This document shows, piece after piece, positions 16,271 to 20,000 of a stretch of 20,000 nucleotides of DNA; within the stretch, counting starts at the first letter, position 1, and the number at the start of each line of letters is the position of its first letter. Origin of the DNA: an uncultured virus (IMG/VR IMGVR_UViG_3300025470_001263) (taxonomy: Duplodnaviria > Heunggongvirae > Uroviricota > Caudoviricetes); IMG/VR virus record IMGVR_UViG_3300025470_001263; one strand, 5' to 3'. The notes under the pieces are model-generated. The model was given only the letters and a program-made list of their open reading frames with translations, did not search any database and was not told the DNA's origin. The position numbers and the translations under genes are program-made.

Positions 16271-17092
16271 TTAAACAAAACATTGTGGAATAGTATTGGT
16301 TCCGTATCCATTTATTGTTATTTCGAGATAATATCCATTACAAGCAGAATCATAATTTCCTCTTTCATTCAAATACGATGTATATGATATTGAGCCAGAT
16401 GAATGTCCTGCATAAATTGTAACGGCATCATCTTGGTAGTAATCACTATCACCAGGATAATCAATATGTTCTTGGTAATGATAATTTATGTTTATAATCA
16501 CATCCGTTGGTGTAATAAATGAATTACCAAATTGATCATATAATGTTACAGTAGTTAAATTGATTATATCTGTTGAACCTGGACAACTACTACTATCCTC
16601 ACTATGATAATACGCATCTGTAAATGTGGCACAAAATAAATAAGGTTCTGTTGGTGTTGAAGTTGGTGTAGGTGTGGTAGTCGGTGTTTGAGTTGGTGTA
16701 GGTGTAAATGTATATGTTGGTGTAATTGTAGGAGTTGGGGTAGGGGTTAAAGTATTTCCATACATAACATTACCATCAAAATAACATACCAATGTAGGTG
16801 TTACTGTAGGTGTTATTGTTGGAGTAGGTGTATTTGTAGGTGTTTGAGTTGGTGTTGGTGTTGGGAATATTATATCATAATGATTACCACAACATTGACT
16901 TTCAGAAACAACTCTTACTGTTGTTGTTCCATTAGGTACATTATTAGTACTGAAACCATATATTAATGTATTCGAGGTTATACCTGTTTCAAATGCATTT
17001 GTATATCCATCTGTATCAGAATATAAATTGAATGGGCCTGTATCTGAACCAAAACCTGTACTTGGGAATGTTATTGTTACTGAAATCGACAT
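16271..17092 (-). CDS. Paralog of 15288..16256 with two Thr-Pro tracts
   Basis: GPFNLYSDTDGYTNAFETGIT; two TP tracts; unrelated C-terminus. Confidence 0.7.
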   Translation of the reverse strand: MSISVTITFPSTGFGSDTGPFNLYSDTDGYTNAFETGITSNTLIYGFSTNNVPNGTTTVRVVSESQCCGNHYDIIFPTPTPTQTPTNTPTPTITPTVTPTLVCYFDGNVMYGNTLTPTPTPTITPTYTFTPTPTQTPTTTPTPTSTPTEPYLFCATFTDAYYHSEDSSSCPGSTDIINLTTVTLYDQFGNSFITPTDVIININYHYQEHIDYPGDSDYYQDDAVTIYAGHSSGSISYTSYLNERGNYDSACNGYYLEITINGYGTNTIPQCFV

Positions 17093-17170
17093 ATGTTAAT
17101 AAATACCTCTTCCAAGAAATATTTAAAATCAATTTAAACAAAAAAACAATTATTATAAAGAGTTAATTGA

Positions 17171-19429
17171 TTATGCACAGACGCCAGTGGCTGTAAATTT
17201 ACCTACGCTATTTATAATACCGACAGTTCCATTAAAATCTACATAATAATATCCAAATCCATCATATGGTGTACCATCGGAATAATAGTAAGTTATTCCA
17301 TTACCAAGATTTGAATCACCTCCAGCACCTGGATATATTGTAACTACATTTGTTAATGTATAAGCATACATACAAGCATTTGCTTGAGTTCCGCCATAAT
17401 TCACTAAGAATCCTGTCCCTACTCCTTGTAAATCCATTACTGAACTTGTTGTTGTACAACCATTTGTATCTGTAACAACAACATAATAATTGAAGGGTCC
17501 CAAACTTGTAAATGAACCTGTACTATTACTAGTGATAAGTGTACCACCGCTATTGATATATGGAGACGATGTGTCTTCATATAATGAATATGTATATGGA
17601 CTTGTTCCGCCAGCTGCGGTTGCTGTTATTGATCCATTGTTACCTGATGTTGCATTTGTAAATGTTGTTGATACAGACAAAGCTGCACTTGGTTGACTTA
17701 CCGTTCTTGAATATGTCGTAGGAGAACATCCACTATCATCTTCAATATAAATTGTATAAGTGTTAGGTGATAAACTACTAAATAAATGTGGTACCGAATA
17801 ATATGTTGAACCATTGATTGATGTTTGATATCCTGTACCCGAACCGCCTGATGGTGTATAAACTTGTATAGTACCATTTGAACCACCATAACAAGAAACA
17901 TTTGATACTGCAATTGATGCGGTTACTTGTGTTGTGTTAAGTGTTACAGATGATGATGTTGCAACAGTTCCATTAGAATCCTTTACTTTTACTAAGTATG
18001 TTCCGTTAGATAATCCATTGAATGTTGCTGAAGATTGATATGAACCATAACTAGAACCACCATTCGAACTAATCGCATAAGTATAAATTCCTGTTCCCCC
18101 TGTACCTGATGCTGTTAAATTTCCATCACTATTACCATAACAACTTGGATTAGTTGAAAAAGTTATAGAAACATTTAATGCAGGTAATGTATGTGATGGT
18201 GTTGGCGTTAACGTTACAGTTGGTGTAGGTGTTAAAGTTGGTGTTACAGTTGGTGTTGGTGTTAAAGTAGGTGTTTTTGATGGTGTGACGGTTGGTGTTG
18301 AAGTATATGTTACAGTTGGTGTTGCTGTATAAGTTGGTGTTATACTCGGTGTAATTGTAACTGAAGGTGTAGGTGTTTGTGTTGGGCTTAATGTAGGTGT
18401 AGGTGTGGGTAATGTTGGTATTGGATTACCGCAATAAATTGTTGCAACACATCTAGCAGTACAAGTATCATAATATAAATTATAACCAGCAGGACAACTA
18501 TATCCATAACCAACAATATCACTAACATCTACGTAAGTTCCTACTCTAGAAGATGAAGTGAACTGAACATTTAATTGACTATATAGAGTTGCACCTGTCA
18601 ATTGTGATAAAGTATTATTATATATTTCAACACCAAAACCCGCAATTGAATCAATATTATAACCTTGAACTGATAGTGTTGCTGTTGGTGTATCAAATAC
18701 AACAGGATATACGTGCCAATAATTAAATTGTTCAGTTGATCCTGATGTTGATTGTAATGTTGTATCTATTAATTTTGTTCCATTGACACTTATTTTAAAA
18801 TCATTATCAGCCGAAACTCCGACATAATAAGTTGTACCCACAGTTAAACCAGTTATACATTGAACAAACCCAATAAAAGTACCTGTTGGATTATCAGTAG
18901 CACCTGTGGAAGGTCCTGGCCAAACCGCACATCTATTCATTGGGCCATCAGAAGTGTTTGTATAAGGATTTGACCAAAGTGTACCTACATACGTTCCACC
19001 AAAAGATGGGGTTGTAAAACCTGCTAAATAAGTGCCTGTTCCATCTATATTAAAAGATGTAAAAAATTTGGTGCCAGCATCACTGTAAACGTTATTAGTT
19101 CTGCCCGATAATGAAACCAATGTTGTTGGTGGTTGTGCTGGCATTGATATTGTTGTATATGAAGCGGTACCATCCAAAGTACCAATCCAAGTATAACCTG
19201 TTGGGCACGCAGTAAAATCCTGTTTAGAAACTAATTCATTTGAAATTTTAGCAGATAAATGAGCATTTGTAGGATCAATAGCAACATACCCCAACGCACG
19301 AGATTTTGTTAACTCTTTGTTGGTTGTTTGAATTGTTTTCAACGAACTAAAATATCCTGCGGTAACCGCTTGACTTAATGTTGTATCACTAACAATTTCA
19401 TTACTTGTTAATCCTGTCCAAAATGCCAT
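17171..19429 (-). CDS. Large adhesin-like virion protein: beta-sandwich domain, Thr-Pro linker, three SprB-type repeats
   Basis: Three repeats of N.SC.G..DG.I.....GG...Y.Y...F..L..GTY.V.V.D.NGC at about 17441-18175; TP linker at about 18195-18417. Confidence 0.8.
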   Translation of the reverse strand: MAFWTGLTSNEIVSDTTLSQAVTAGYFSSLKTIQTTNKELTKSRALGYVAIDPTNAHLSAKISNELVSKQDFTACPTGYTWIGTLDGTASYTTISMPAQPPTTLVSLSGRTNNVYSDAGTKFFTSFNIDGTGTYLAGFTTPSFGGTYVGTLWSNPYTNTSDGPMNRCAVWPGPSTGATDNPTGTFIGFVQCITGLTVGTTYYVGVSADNDFKISVNGTKLIDTTLQSTSGSTEQFNYWHVYPVVFDTPTATLSVQGYNIDSIAGFGVEIYNNTLSQLTGATLYSQLNVQFTSSSRVGTYVDVSDIVGYGYSCPAGYNLYYDTCTARCVATIYCGNPIPTLPTPTPTLSPTQTPTPSVTITPSITPTYTATPTVTYTSTPTVTPSKTPTLTPTPTVTPTLTPTPTVTLTPTPSHTLPALNVSITFSTNPSCYGNSDGNLTASGTGGTGIYTYAISSNGGSSYGSYQSSATFNGLSNGTYLVKVKDSNGTVATSSSVTLNTTQVTASIAVSNVSCYGGSNGTIQVYTPSGGSGTGYQTSINGSTYYSVPHLFSSLSPNTYTIYIEDDSGCSPTTYSRTVSQPSAALSVSTTFTNATSGNNGSITATAAGGTSPYTYSLYEDTSSPYINSGGTLITSNSTGSFTSLGPFNYYVVVTDTNGCTTTSSVMDLQGVGTGFLVNYGGTQANACMYAYTLTNVVTIYPGAGGDSNLGNGITYYYSDGTPYDGFGYYYVDFNGTVGIINSVGKFTATGVCA
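18195..18417 (-). repeat. Thr-Pro low-complexity coding repeat (similar tracts at about 15896-16031, 16646-16756 and 16792-16866)
   Basis: Degenerate ACACCA/ACACCT repeats encoding (TPTxTP)n; boundaries approximate. Confidence 0.85.
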
Positions 19430-20000
19430 ACAAATTTTCTATTTTTGATTCCAATTCTTTTATCTTCTGTTCTAATTGTTGTATTTTCAAAGTGTGTACA
19501 TCACTATAATTAACAGTTAATGGCATATCACCTACAACTAAATCACTACAAAGCTCTTTTACTTCTTGAGCAGAATAACCATATCTTACTTGTTTATCAC
19601 CTCTCATTGTAAATTGAATTACGTTTAATGATGATAAATCAATGTTTGGATTTCTTAAAATTATATTTTTTACTCTTATATCTGATGTTTCATAATAAGC
19701 TGTAGCATAAACACTACCCGTAACACTCAAATTTGTTCCATCAAATGTCAAATTACTGTTAACTAAACCACTTGCTGTTGCATTTACATATGTAATGATG
19801 CCATTGTTGGTTGTTCCTGCTAAAGTTAAAAAACCACTTGTACCAGAAGAACCATTTGCACCATTAGCTCCACTTGTTCCAGAAGAACCATTTGCACCAT
19901 TAGCTCCACTTGTTCCAGAAGAACCATTTGCACCATTAGCTCCACTTGTTCCAGAAGAACCATTTGCACCATTAGTACCACTTGTTCCAGAAGAACCATT
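19401..20000 (-). CDS. Tail fibre C-terminal part: Gly-X-Y repeats plus S74 intramolecular chaperone (start lies beyond the window)
   Basis: The frame is open from 20000: ([12 protein letters not shown])n..[21 protein letters not shown]. Autocleavage motif SDIRVK, then [13 protein letters not shown] and a terminal coiled coil. Confidence 0.88.
   Translation of the reverse strand, partial: NGSSGTSGTNGANGSSGTSGANGANGSSGTSGANGANGSSGTSGANGANGSSGTSGFLTLAGTTNNGIITYVNATASGLVNSNLTFDGTNLSVTGSVYATAYYETSDIRVKNIILRNPNIDLSSLNVIQFTMRGDKQVRYGYSAQEVKELCSDLVVGDMPLTVNYSDVHTLKIQQLEQKIKELESKIENLYGILDRINK
19834..20000 (-). repeat. 36-bp tandem repeat, about 4.6 copies visible, encoding [12 protein letters not shown]
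   Basis: Unit CCACTTGTTCCAGAAGAACCATTTGCACCATTAGCT (+ strand) at 19834, 19870, 19906, 19942 and 19978 (partial), with 0-2 differences per unit. Confidence 0.95.

Noticed and set aside
1544..17913. Short + strand ORFs in the track, and the nested 17698..17913 minus ORF
   Set aside because: All overlap well-supported minus-strand genes and show no recognisable motifs; they read as shadow ORFs.
19834..20000. 36-bp repeats as a CRISPR array
   Set aside because: The units are head-to-tail with no spacers and encode an in-frame Gly-X-Y peptide.
13117..20000. Diversity-generating retroelement or invertible tail-fibre cassette
   Set aside because: I saw no reverse transcriptase, recombinase, template/variable repeat pair or flanking inverted repeats in the window.

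Overview
This is an AT-rich (roughly 30% GC, estimated by eye), densely packed segment with every credible gene on the minus strand. It looks like part of a large tailed dsDNA phage genome, probably infecting Bacteroidota: it has a Bacteroidota-type sigma70, a TAnnTTTG promoter, SprB repeats and a DUF6576-like protein. In transcription order (right to left) it carries a virion/adhesin block, a RuvC-like resolvase, a structured intergenic RNA, a primase, a PD-(D/E)XK exonuclease and an SbcD-like nuclease. These are followed by an inserted NlaIII/IceA1-like endonuclease plus beta-class methyltransferase, an SbcC-like ATPase, ClpP, a sigma factor and a membrane coiled-coil protein. Three observations stand out. 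(1) The phage carries a CATG-family restriction cassette, and the window is almost free of CATG, with His codons switched to CAC before G. (2) A ~70-nt two-hairpin candidate sRNA has a single-stranded linker complementary to the leader of the phage sigma-factor mRNA. (3) An A10 slippery run plus hairpin would extend the membrane protein by at least 93 codons in the -1 frame. All family assignments come from motif recognition by eye; no searches were run.
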